IMG/VR virus record: IMGVR_UViG_3300002834_000024
Location: 1 to 64,000 of that record
Strand: one strand, 5' to 3'
DNA: 64,000 bases
Origin: a virus
Taxonomy: Duplodnaviria; Heunggongvirae; Uroviricota; Caudoviricetes
The stretch's first letter is position 1; every line of letters starts with the position of its first letter. The notes beneath the pieces are model-generated. The model was not told the origin of the DNA and made no database searches. It saw only the letters and a list, made by a program, of their open reading frames with translations. Below are positions 55,901 through 64,000 of this stretch, piece after piece. The translations under genes were made by a program, and so were the position numbers.

Positions 55901-56137
55901 TCAAAAGATGCTGGTATTAAAAATGCCTTTATCCAACATCACTATAAGAACAATAATCAAATAAATGTCAATTCTGATGCTGTATCATTTGGAAAAGTAA
56001 AAAATAATATGGGGGAAAGTTTGGTGTATTGGCATGTTGATGGTGATGCTTCCCCTGACAGTGATAGTTATGAAATTGGTCCAGAAGAACCAATTACAAT
56101 TAAAAATGTTGTTGAACAAATAATTAAAAATATATAA
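52991..56137 (+). CDS. large multidomain (polyvalent-like) protein with a kinase-like domain
   Basis: 1048 aa starting at TTG (TAA in frame 2 codons upstream; no ATG until about residue 70). The N-terminal block YGYFKNSVGYDGDHVDVFLG...KGKFDETKFMMGFDSEEEAKKAY resembles inorganic pyrophosphatase signature regions (YGYI...DGDPVDVLV; KGKWVKVEGWENAEAAK). The middle domain is shared with 38785-40572. Kinase-like region LGGGGSGVAYLTLDGYVLKLTT...LDSFLGGSNFGFDDNGVIKAFDLEG. Followed by a cell-wall amidase gene. Confidence 0.55.
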   Translation: MDLQNIIEQTIKQALRSAEKTVDTNPSEKEIKAGNYKKGHINILGFDITIENPKGSYRSGKDRDGKEWKTKMYNTYGYFKNSVGYDGDHVDVFLGNNLESNKIFGIDQFIKGKFDETKFMMGFDSEEEAKKAYLSNYDKDWKGFKYIRETDVETFKKWLYRGKKQRLPFHDYVTLSESILNELSIGRVLLSHFTDALNNPKLFNEPNWIQKHKEIQDNHGDNFNITKINSEILNKLIPQYTSKNPELMSNMGIENAINLLTKNKYRSDQAVNLTKELLSLHNELKENPELINNGNFMDRYNHLKKLYGNRVNLDKPYKKSDRRDTNGNLINNKEDIPLQKKPIETKSNINKKSLKQEPLVIGWEMIESKETNIIRINNRGSWLEDFCEKIKKYTDKFEILYDCAYDKHNKTGQKYGIESKEYPGIGQFDYVMIYSDVSVEDKEKYKYLRNDGEYEITCRGIKTKEILKDILKRLGQNGNSGHTFAFKIKSLNGNKEDTLQYDGDGHDFVELLDDKKNETINESTENIEQEESKKMIKNYFGIQLMDDWDKLRLGGGGSGVAYLTLDGYVLKLTTSPNEFRTAQRMKGKTFKHLVNVYNVLDFEQENIPPYGYWKKGKWVRCFYGILEEYVDSNLQYNQFMHKYIMDVLFNDNIMNGIVGTKASHNNRYIMLEYLISEENVNTIISRIESYDKFNEDQKNVYIDATQQLHEAVLEMESVPGLELDSFLGGSNFGFDDNGVIKAFDLEGIMTENTLYERDMRFYNDNNEEMDITDYLDTSSEMKIDTAINIINTKLRQPQARHQVLKYILKNINKSNMSGQMKMDLRDQVMEDLSNKVTKLIIPTMFKDGEQQRVDVDTHLEDLNEENKRLLSHKFQIPTELFQTLSNRFNKIKGNQNFTSRDGYKRLQNLVNSNGEIGYLWMNRLKNFWKYFDGDADNDIEAWLNGGGEMRDWVNKALDEAEKSLEMSKMTSKDAGIKNAFIQHHYKNNNQINVNSDAVSFGKVKNNMGESLVYWHVDGDASPDSDSYEIGPEEPITIKNVVEQIIKNI

Positions 56138-56138
56138 T

Positions 56139-56849
56139 ATGTGGTGTTTAAAAAACTTTTTTGAAAAGAAAATAGCAATAAAAGAACCAGAAATAAGTGT
56201 ACCTATATCTGAAATCGTACCTGAATTAGAGAATGATATTGAAGATATTTATGAGAAAGTATATAATAATATGTTGACAGTAATATTAGATAATGGTCAT
56301 GGCGAAAATACACCAGGAAAACGTTCACCTGTATGGGATGATGGTTCACAATTATTTGAATATGAATTTAATCGGGATATTGTGTTAAGAATATATCAAC
56401 AATTATTTGAATTAAATATTCCATGTATAATATTAGTTCCAGAATTAAATGATATATCATTAACCGAAAGATGTAAAAGGGTTAATAAAATATATGATGA
56501 AACAGAAAAAAAATGTTTTTTATTTTCAATTCATGCCAATGCTGGTGGTGGAACTGGTTGGGAATGTCATATATATTCCGAAAAAACCAAATCAAAAGAT
56601 TATGCAACAATTTTGGCACAGGAGGCAAAAAATGAATTTGGAACTGAATGGAAAGTTAGACAACCACTTCCTAATCAATTATATTGGGTAAGTAATTTTC
56701 AAATAATACGTGATAGTAAATGTCCAGCTGTACTAACAGAAAACTTTTTTATGGATAAAGAAGAAGATTGCCGTTTTATAATGAGTGAAGAAGGTAGAGA
56801 TAGGATTGCTAAAATACATGTAGAAACAATTAAAAAAATAATATCGTAA
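56139..56849 (+). CDS. N-acetylmuramoyl-L-alanine amidase (Amidase_3-like) or related peptidoglycan hydrolase
   Basis: VILDNGHGENTPGKRSP (amidase Zn-ligand region) and FLFSIHANAGGG (SIHADA-type motif). Confidence 0.6.
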   Translation: MWCLKNFFEKKIAIKEPEISVPISEIVPELENDIEDIYEKVYNNMLTVILDNGHGENTPGKRSPVWDDGSQLFEYEFNRDIVLRIYQQLFELNIPCIILVPELNDISLTERCKRVNKIYDETEKKCFLFSIHANAGGGTGWECHIYSEKTKSKDYATILAQEAKNEFGTEWKVRQPLPNQLYWVSNFQIIRDSKCPAVLTENFFMDKEEDCRFIMSEEGRDRIAKIHVETIKKIIS

Positions 56850-56860
56850 AAATAAAGAAA

Positions 56861-57136
56861 ATGTATAAAATAGATTTAAAATTATTTGAATTAGAACTTT
56901 GGTTTAGACGTTTATTTGGACAAAAATATCTTGTTAATCTAAATCCAAAGAGCAAAGAAATACATCGAATTTATGGGAAAAATCGTTGTAAATTTCTCCC
57001 ATCTATTACACATAAAAAATATGTGGGAATAAACGGAATGAAAGAAATATTAGATGACAAACCAGGTGGGTATAATGGATGTTACTTGTGTTTAAGAGAA
57101 TTTGATATGGATAAAAGAACAATGGACAAAAAATGA
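56861..57136 (+). CDS. hypothetical small protein
   Basis: 91-aa ORF overlapping the next gene by 4 nt. Confidence 0.35.
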   Translation: MYKIDLKLFELELWFRRLFGQKYLVNLNPKSKEIHRIYGKNRCKFLPSITHKKYVGINGMKEILDDKPGGYNGCYLCLREFDMDKRTMDKK

Positions 57137-57900
57137 TAAATGATTTACAATTGGAAATAAAACCAGAGCAAATCAATCTTAAATCATTTGACCAAAAAGA
57201 ACAATTAAACCCAAAATTTTTCCCAAATGGGTATAAATTGAATCCAAAGGTTAGATTGAGATTGCTTGATATTGCTGATGATTTTGTGGAATATCTTAAT
57301 ATTCCATTCGCAAAACCATTAGATATTGTTTTGGTTGGTTCCATTGTTTCTTATCAATGGTCAAGATATTCAGATATTGACTTACATATTATATATAATT
57401 TTTATGATATTTCCGATAAAACTGACTTTGTTAGAGAATATGTTGATGCAAAGAAAAATTTGTGGAATGAAGAACGCAAAATAAAAATTTATGGTTTTGA
57501 TGTTGAATTATATGTAGAAGATGAAAATCATCCATCAACAAGTAATGGTAGATACAGTATTGAAAGAAATGATTGGGTACATGAACCATCAAGAGAACCA
57601 TCTTTTCAATATGAAAAAAGTTATATAAAAGAAAAGTCTGCAAAACTTATGGATTTAATAGATAGGTATGAAGAAAATTTTGAATGTAACAAAGATGATG
57701 AAGTTTATTTAATGGAATTAACAAATAAAGTAAATAAACTTTGGAGTAAAATAAAAGCAATTCGTAAAGATAGTATTGAAAAGTATGGCGAAATGTCTAC
57801 TGGTAATATAATTTTCAAAGTTTTAAGAAGAAGTAAATATTTACAAAAATTATATGAATTAAAGACAAAATTATATACATTCAATAAAAGCATACGATAA
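57133..57900 (+). CDS. minimal Pol-beta-type nucleotidyltransferase
   Basis: IVLVGSIVSYQWSRYSDIDLHIIY carries the GS...D.D nucleotidyltransferase signature. 255 aa. Confidence 0.5.
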   Translation: MINDLQLEIKPEQINLKSFDQKEQLNPKFFPNGYKLNPKVRLRLLDIADDFVEYLNIPFAKPLDIVLVGSIVSYQWSRYSDIDLHIIYNFYDISDKTDFVREYVDAKKNLWNEERKIKIYGFDVELYVEDENHPSTSNGRYSIERNDWVHEPSREPSFQYEKSYIKEKSAKLMDLIDRYEENFECNKDDEVYLMELTNKVNKLWSKIKAIRKDSIEKYGEMSTGNIIFKVLRRSKYLQKLYELKTKLYTFNKSIR

Positions 57901-57981
57901 TTTGTTGTTTTTAATTAATACACTATTTATTATAAAATAATTATTCTTTAAAAGAAGTAAATAAAAAAATTAACACATATT

Positions 57982-59301
57982 ATGGCTATTAATAACTATA
58001 ACAGAGGAAGTGTACAAGAACAAGTTGATAGAGTACAATTTTTGATGGGAATTAATAAACCCCAAACAAACGAAAACAAAAAAGTGGCTCCATTAGGTAT
58101 TATTGAAAAGACTGAAATTGGTGCTGATGGTAATTGTTATGCAATTATCAAAGAAAACAGTAGGTATTATTTGAAAAAATCACCAGACACAAAAGATATA
58201 AAATTAGATAATTTTGAATATCTTGGTGGCTCTCATAGATACAAACATTTATATGAATATAATTCATATAATCAAGCTGAAAAAGTATTAAGTGGGGAAT
58301 TATTCAATGTTTCAAAAGATGTTAAGAAACAATCTGTATTAGCCGAACAAACAGCCAAAGTAGATATGAATCTTGCACAAACTGTTACCTCAAAAGAAAT
58401 GCGTGAAGAAATTGAACGCCAACGTCAAATTATGACAAATGCTTCTTCAATTTTAAATGAAGATGCTGGTATCAAAAATCCCGAAAAAACTGAACCTGTA
58501 AATGAAGCAAAAGGAAATATCAATGAATTATCCATTGATGATGATGAACAAATTTTGACTGATAATGGCGATAGTGACATAGATGCTGATGAAGTTATTT
58601 CATTAGATGATGATAGTGATAGCGATTTAGATGCACAAGATGTTCAACTTGATCAACAACTTGTTACTTTAATTCCTGATTTGTTAGCCAAAATGGATCA
58701 ACTTAATGACCAGCTTTCAAGATTAACTGATGATGATGGCGAATTTGATGAATTTGAGGTCGAAGAATTGGGTGAAAATGTGGTTAGTGAGGGTTCTGAA
58801 TCTTCTGACCAAAAAACAAACGATCATGGTATGAGTACAATTGCTTCAACCATTACGAATAGTCAATTCGATTATAATTATGCACAAGAAGATCCAAGAG
58901 GAAGAAATAATTTACCTTCATATAATAAAGATACCAAAAATGGTATAGACGGAAATATTGGGCCACAAAACATACATAAAGATACACTTGATGATGTTGA
59001 TGATGTTATTGACAGAAGTAATACGAGATGGAATAAAGACGATGAAGTAATTGATGTTGTTGAAAATGCCAATGTTGGTAGAGGTAAAGAATTTTACATT
59101 GTTGAACGTGATGGAACAGTAATGGCTACTATTAAAGAAAGCGATTTTCAATCTATGTTAAACGCAGGAAAACCAAAAAATTCAAAAGATCCATCAAAAT
59201 CCTTGAAAACATCAAGACCATTCAGTGATAAAGTACAACAATTAACTGATAACATTTTCAAAGAATGTGTTGCAAGTGGAATTTTTAAAATTAAAAAATA
59301 A
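57982..59301 (+). CDS. highly acidic hypothetical protein
   Basis: 439 aa with a long Asp/Glu-rich central region (DDDEQILTDNGDSDIDADEVISLDDDSDSDLDAQD...). CTATTTATT upstream at 57923-57931. Confidence 0.45.
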   Translation: MAINNYNRGSVQEQVDRVQFLMGINKPQTNENKKVAPLGIIEKTEIGADGNCYAIIKENSRYYLKKSPDTKDIKLDNFEYLGGSHRYKHLYEYNSYNQAEKVLSGELFNVSKDVKKQSVLAEQTAKVDMNLAQTVTSKEMREEIERQRQIMTNASSILNEDAGIKNPEKTEPVNEAKGNINELSIDDDEQILTDNGDSDIDADEVISLDDDSDSDLDAQDVQLDQQLVTLIPDLLAKMDQLNDQLSRLTDDDGEFDEFEVEELGENVVSEGSESSDQKTNDHGMSTIASTITNSQFDYNYAQEDPRGRNNLPSYNKDTKNGIDGNIGPQNIHKDTLDDVDDVIDRSNTRWNKDDEVIDVVENANVGRGKEFYIVERDGTVMATIKESDFQSMLNAGKPKNSKDPSKSLKTSRPFSDKVQQLTDNIFKECVASGIFKIKK

Positions 59302-59353
59302 AATTGTATATTTAAAAAGAGTGCATCTATCATTTGAAAGAAGGCAATCGAAA

Positions 59354-59383
59354 AACCCAATTACTTGAATAATTGGGTTTTTT
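59354..59383. terminator. bidirectional hairpin terminator between convergent genes
   Basis: AACCCAATTA cttgaa TAATTGGGTT (perfect 10-bp stem), flanked by AAAAA upstream and TTTT downstream. Confidence 0.65.
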
Positions 59384-59426
59384 GCTTATATATGGATAAT
59401 GAGTTGGGTAATGACCTATTTGATTA

Positions 59427-60128
59427 TTATTTGAATTTTTTTAATGTACTTGGTACTAAAATAAAACAATGTTCTTCATCAATAATATATAAAATCTGTC
59501 CTTTCTTATTTTGTTTAATAATTCCCTCAAATTTATTTCCATCAATTGTTAATGGGGTTGATTTGGATGAATTATCATTTGAACCAACTAATTTACTTAA
59601 AATATTTACACTTTCTGCTAATTTTGCCAAAGCATCATTGTTTGTGTTATTACAACATTCAGATTGTTGTTGAGAATGTCCTATTTTTTGTTGTGATTGA
59701 TTTTTATTTCCATGTAATAAATCCATTCTAACATTTTCTTGTAAATATTGTTGTGTGGTATTACTTACAGAATTAGTTAAAAATGATGGAAGTGGTTCAT
59801 CTTTTTTTCTTTGAATACTTTCGATAATTTCTGGCGGTAAAACACCTGTTAATGGTACTCTTTTTTGTGGTAAGTTTGGATTGTTATATACTTGTTGTGG
59901 TGGTTGTACTGGTGGTATATAATCTTCTTGTAATGGTTGGATTCTTTTACCAACAGAATTAGCGACTTTTACATCTATTTCACCATCTTCACGATCAATA
60001 TTATCAACATCAGTAGAAAAGTCTAATGATTTATTAAATTGTTCAACAAATGTTTGAGTTGGATTTCTACCATTAAACAAAGCACTTATCATATTTTCAT
60101 CTACTCTATCAAATTCACTTACATACAT
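59427..60128 (-). CDS. hypothetical protein
   Basis: 233-aa ORF with Gln/Pro-rich segments. Confidence 0.4.
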   Translation of the reverse strand: MYVSEFDRVDENMISALFNGRNPTQTFVEQFNKSLDFSTDVDNIDREDGEIDVKVANSVGKRIQPLQEDYIPPVQPPQQVYNNPNLPQKRVPLTGVLPPEIIESIQRKKDEPLPSFLTNSVSNTTQQYLQENVRMDLLHGNKNQSQQKIGHSQQQSECCNNTNNDALAKLAESVNILSKLVGSNDNSSKSTPLTIDGNKFEGIIKQNKKGQILYIIDEEHCFILVPSTLKKFK

Positions 60129-60170
60129 GTGTATTCTTATTTATTATTAATATAAATCTTTTTCCAACTT

Positions 60171-60866
60171 TTACAAGTTTTGTTTCTCTTTTCTATATCC
60201 AGAAAGATACTGGTTAGCCAATCTTTGAATTTCAAGATATTTTTGTTTAGCAATTTCAGCATTTCTTTTATCACCAGTTCTTTCAATTTTTTTCCATAAT
60301 GACAATGCTCTATTGGAAATAGCTTTAACTTCCTTAAATCTTTCGGTTTGTGTTCTTGATTGACCAGTAACATCAACTTTTTGAGGTTGTCTATTTTGTT
60401 GTAAATCTCTTTCGGTATCAGTTTTATATAACTCTGGTTCAATTTCTTGTTTTCTATATTTTTCCTGTGGTACAAATTTTTTCCATCTAGCCACTTCAAT
60501 TGTTCTTTTCATCCACTTATCTTCATTGGGATTGAACAATGAGGGGGCTTCTTTTACAACATTAGGTAGTATTCTAAAAACTTGTATATCTTTTAAATAG
60601 AGGATTTTATAATCAGAAACTTTACCAGCTGAAACACGTGGATTTGTTTGATATACCCTTATACAAGGTAAATCCATATATCTACCAATACCATATGCTA
60701 ATATTACACAATACCTGCTACCACTTTCAACAGGATAACCTGGCACATTTGATTCATATGTAATAAAACATAAATTTCGACCTCTCAAAGCTTTTAAAAC
60801 CTGTGCTTCCGAAGCCGATTCATTCAGTAATAATTGATTAAATATTTCACAGATATTTATCATCAA
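60171..60866 (-). CDS. hypothetical protein
   Basis: 231-aa ORF. The overlapping shorter ORF 60137-60499 in another frame is rejected. Confidence 0.4.
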   Translation of the reverse strand: MMINICEIFNQLLLNESASEAQVLKALRGRNLCFITYESNVPGYPVESGSRYCVILAYGIGRYMDLPCIRVYQTNPRVSAGKVSDYKILYLKDIQVFRILPNVVKEAPSLFNPNEDKWMKRTIEVARWKKFVPQEKYRKQEIEPELYKTDTERDLQQNRQPQKVDVTGQSRTQTERFKEVKAISNRALSLWKKIERTGDKRNAEIAKQKYLEIQRLANQYLSGYRKEKQNL

Positions 60867-60944
60867 AACACAATTTCTTTGTAATAAATAGTTATTATCA
60901 AAAATATATTTAAAACGATATTTATTTAAAAATAATCCTTTAAA

Positions 60945-61655
60945 ATGATTTTAAAAGAATTAAGGAAAGGTGAAACAGGTTTAGGTTATCTTATTGAAAG
61001 AGATGGATACATTGATATTAATGATCCAAACAATATGAAATTAAATGAGGATGTAAACAATAATAGTAATTGGTTTATACCACATCCATTCATTGTACAT
61101 GCTGTATTCCAAAAATCTGACACCCCAAATGCTAATGGGAGAATTTATCCAAGACATATATTAGAAAGAGAAGTTGAAAAATATACTCAAAAAATATTAG
61201 ATAGACGAGCTTATGGACAACCAGATCATCCTGCTGATACTGTAATTTCTGTTAAAGAATTATCACATAATATTTTAAAACTTTGGTGGGAGGGTAAAAC
61301 TGTTGTTGGTAATATGGAATTGATATTAACACCTGGATATATTAAATATGGAATTGTTTCAAGTGTTGGTGATAGTATTGCTAATTCTATTTATTTTAAT
61401 AAATTAAAATTAGGTGTTTCTTCACGTGGAGTTGGTTCGGTTGAAAATAAAAATGGTACTGCAATAGTTCAAGATGATTTTGAATTGCTATGTTGGGATA
61501 TTGTATCAGATCCATCAACCCCAAATGCTTACATGGCTTTAGAACCAGAAAACTTACAACCATATATTGAAAATACTGAAATAAAAGATAAAAATAAAAT
61601 ATATATAATCGAAAAGATTGATAAATTATTAAATAAACCAATGTTATTCACATAA
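60945..61655 (+). CDS. prohead protease (T4 gp21-like position and size)
   Basis: 236 aa. Lies immediately upstream of an acidic scaffold-like gene and the gp23-like capsid gene, i.e. the T4 gp21-gp22-gp23 order. The block HAVFQKSDTPNANGRIYPRHILEREVEKY is compatible with prohead protease N-terminal regions. GATATTTATTT motif upstream. Confidence 0.45.
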   Translation: MILKELRKGETGLGYLIERDGYIDINDPNNMKLNEDVNNNSNWFIPHPFIVHAVFQKSDTPNANGRIYPRHILEREVEKYTQKILDRRAYGQPDHPADTVISVKELSHNILKLWWEGKTVVGNMELILTPGYIKYGIVSSVGDSIANSIYFNKLKLGVSSRGVGSVENKNGTAIVQDDFELLCWDIVSDPSTPNAYMALEPENLQPYIENTEIKDKNKIYIIEKIDKLLNKPMLFT

Positions 61656-61680
61656 TATATATTAATTTTTTTTATTATGA

Positions 61681-61700
61681 CTATTTATTAAAAAAATAAA
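61681..61700 (+). promoter_or_regulatory. candidate late promoter motif CTATTTATTAAAAAAATAAA
   Basis: Near-identical to 13486-13507 and 42233-42253. About 20 nt upstream of the scaffold gene ATG. Confidence 0.45.
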
Positions 61701-61720
61701 CTCAAAATATAGTTTACACC

Positions 61721-62917
61721 ATGAGTAAAAAAATAGACAATCCAATATTGGATGCAAAAGAAATTCAGGAAATGGTTAAGTTAAATACTGAATCAATTCT
61801 TAAGAATATTATGGAAGAAAGTATAAAAACAAACATGAGAAACATGATAAAAGAATCTGATGACGAAGATTATGAAGAAGAAGTAGAAGTCGAAGAAACA
61901 CCAGTAGAAGTCGAAGTTAATGTAGATGCAGATAATGATGGTGGCGAAGGGGAAGATGATTTTTCCGAATTTGAAGTAGATGATGATACTTTAGACCTAA
62001 CAGATGCTAGCGATGAAGATCTAATTAAAGTATTTAAAAAGGTACAAGGCGATACAGAAGTTGAGGTAACGAAAACTGATAGTGGTGTGGAAATTAACGA
62101 TAACGAAACTGGCGCTGAATACATCATTGATTTGGATGAGTTGGATGAAGCCAATCTTGGTTATACAACAAAATACCAAAGACCAACAGGGATTAACATC
62201 CCATCTGGTACAGGTTTTCAAGGGAATAAGCCCTTAGGGGATAAAAATTCACCAAATACTGATTCAGGTGCAAGAAATTATGGACAAAGAATTGGCGATG
62301 GCGCACCATTTAATGAAAATGAAGAAGTTGATTTAGATGAAAGTAGCGATGAAGTTGGAGAAGGAAAAGCACGTACAATGAATAGACGTTACAGAGCTGG
62401 TGTATTACAACAGCAAGTTCCAGATCAAACATGGAGAACAGGTAATTATGTTCGACATGGCGGTCAATTAGAACCAACATTGTCAGCCAATGAATCCAAA
62501 ATTTCTAAAATTGAAAAGGAATTAAAACAATTAAAGGAAGAAAATATTATTTTAAAAGAGTGTGTAAGACAATTTAAAGAATCTGCACAAACATATTATG
62601 TCACTTCACGTGAAGTAGCAATGACAAATTGTAGACTTGCAAAAGCTGTAAATTTATTTACTGAAAATGCAACCACTCTTGAAGAAAAGAAAACAATCCT
62701 TGAAAGACTACAAAATTGTAAAACCGAAAAAGAAATCAATTCTTTACATGAAACTATCAAATCTGAATTGAAAAACAAACAACCTTTACAAGAAAATATT
62801 ATTGATAAAGGCTTTGAAGCACAGGAAAAAACTGTTGTAGATAAACCGATATTTATAAATGAGGATGTTCAAAAATCATTAGGATTAATGAATAGAGTTT
62901 TGAGTGTTAGAAACTAA
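61721..62917 (+). CDS. prohead scaffolding protein (gp22-like: acidic N-terminus, coiled-coil C-terminus)
   Basis: 398 aa. Extremely acidic region DDEDYEEEVEVEETPVEVEVNVDADNDGGEGEDDFSEFEVDDD. C-terminal heptad-like region KISKIEKELKQLKEENIILKE. Sits between the protease and the capsid gene. Confidence 0.55.
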   Translation: MSKKIDNPILDAKEIQEMVKLNTESILKNIMEESIKTNMRNMIKESDDEDYEEEVEVEETPVEVEVNVDADNDGGEGEDDFSEFEVDDDTLDLTDASDEDLIKVFKKVQGDTEVEVTKTDSGVEINDNETGAEYIIDLDELDEANLGYTTKYQRPTGINIPSGTGFQGNKPLGDKNSPNTDSGARNYGQRIGDGAPFNENEEVDLDESSDEVGEGKARTMNRRYRAGVLQQQVPDQTWRTGNYVRHGGQLEPTLSANESKISKIEKELKQLKEENIILKECVRQFKESAQTYYVTSREVAMTNCRLAKAVNLFTENATTLEEKKTILERLQNCKTEKEINSLHETIKSELKNKQPLQENIIDKGFEAQEKTVVDKPIFINEDVQKSLGLMNRVLSVRN

Positions 62918-62940
62918 ATTAAAAATAATTAAAAAACTAT

Positions 62941-64000
62941 AAAGAAAATGAAAGAGTTCTTAAAATCAGGCGTTGTTGGTAACATTGAATATGACCAATT
63001 ACGTGAAAACAGAAAGAGAATATCTGAAACTTGGGAAAAACTTGGCTTTACTCAAGGTCTTGTTGGTGTACAAAAAGAAAACATTGCAACTCTTTTTGAA
63101 AACACAGCAAAACAATTAATCAACGAAGCAACCGATTCTTCTAATTCAGGATCGTTTGAAACTGTTGTATTCCCAATTGTTCGTAGAGTATTCTCGAAAT
63201 TGCTTGCTAATGATATTGTATCTGTACAAGCGTTGAATTTACCAATCGGTAAATTGTTCTATATTAAACCTGTAACAAGTGAAAGACAATGGGAAGGTTT
63301 AGATGCTAATGGTAATATCCAAGATGGTTCGTCAGCGAAACATACTGGAATGATGGGCTACGAAAGAGATGACCGTAACTGGCAAAACACAGGTAAAGGT
63401 AATCAGGGTGCTTTTGCAAACCGTTACTACTTGCCCGATGATGTAATTGTTACAAACGCTTCTCAAAAGCCTGTTCCTACATTTGATGCTGTTGATCCTG
63501 TAACTGGTCAACCATTACCAACTGCTGTACGTCATACTCCAGTCGTCACTCAATTTATGAAAACATCTCTTTACGATTTGTTCTACAACGATTTCTTGTA
63601 TGATAATAGTAAAGGTAGAATTTGGATTAAAGTTGCACAAGCTGCTACCCCAGTTATTTTAACTGCACAACGTGATTTCCAACCACCTACGACACCGACT
63701 TATCCGCCTTCAAGAAATGATGGTACTATTCGTAACGTTATATTAGAAGTAACTGGTTTCAATAACTATAATGCTGGTAAATTGATTGGTCCTGATGGAA
63801 ATGAAATGGATAGCGAAGCATTTTTAGCTTCATTGAGAGTTCTTGCTGCAAATGCAATTCCCGATGCTACAAATAAAGGTTATACAACATTCTTACAATT
63901 TGAAAACGTTCCTTATCGTGTTATGACACAAAAATATGGAAAAGCTATCGTTGAAAGAGAAAATATATGTGATGCCGAAGGTAAAATTTACTTGGAACTT
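62941..64000 (+). CDS. major capsid protein, T4 gp23-like (partial, continues beyond the window)
   Basis: No stop codon to the end of the window. The segment VVFPIVRRVFSKLLANDIVSVQALNLPIGKLFYIKP matches the conserved gp23 block (PAVMGMVRRAIPNLIAFDICGVQPMNSPTGQVFALR). Confidence 0.65.

Noticed and set aside
1-64000. CRISPR arrays, rRNA genes, integrase/transposase or other mobile-element hallmarks
   Set aside because: No regularly spaced direct repeats with unique spacers, no recombinase or transposase catalytic motifs, and no HNH/GIY-YIG/LAGLIDADG homing endonuclease ORFs were recognised. The repeats found are coding repeats within genes.

Overview
This is an AT-rich (about 30% GC by eye) 64-kb segment of a large tailed-phage genome. 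Genes are tightly packed and none has a Shine-Dalgarno sequence.

The plus strand carries morphogenesis genes with T4-like hallmarks:
- a tape-measure-like Gly-rich giant protein followed by a GH108 lysozyme
- a gp19-like tail tube protein
- five paralogous modular tail-fibre genes
- a cell-wall amidase
- a gp21-like prohead protease, an acidic scaffold protein, and the N-terminus of a gp23-like major capsid protein whose motif FPIVRRVF..NDIVSVQ is seen directly

The minus strand carries long blocks of early/accessory genes:
- SNF2 helicase, UvrD-like helicase, DUF932 protein, bacterial-type SSB
- class II-like ribonucleotide reductase with a C-terminal Zn ribbon
- DraRnl-type RNA ligase, HD phosphohydrolase, calcineurin-like phosphoesterase
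- MscS channel, SPFH lipoprotein, TelA-like protein, DUF4326 protein
- FKBP peptidyl-prolyl isomerase, SET-domain protein, Pol-beta nucleotidyltransferases, KTSC-domain protein
- on the plus strand nearby, a ClpC-like AAA+ unfoldase whose first ATPase domain is degenerate

No tRNA, rRNA or CRISPR array was recognised.

The most striking sequence-level finding is a bipartite promoter-like element, repeated six times. It reads TTTTAACATCCAG, then a fixed 26-27 bp spacer, then TAnnTTTG, always oriented for minus-strand transcription and always just upstream of a minus-strand gene start. The TAnnTTTG box matches the Bacteroidota sigma-A -7 consensus. Together with the absence of Shine-Dalgarno sequences and the lipoprotein signals, this suggests a Bacteroidota host (inference).

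A different recurring motif, CTATTTAT(A/T)TTAAAAAATAAA, sits 20-40 nt upstream of plus-strand structural genes and is a candidate late promoter.

Other points of interest are paralogous polyvalent-looking proteins that share domains (including kinase-like folds), an RNA-repair-like gene set, and several hairpin terminators.
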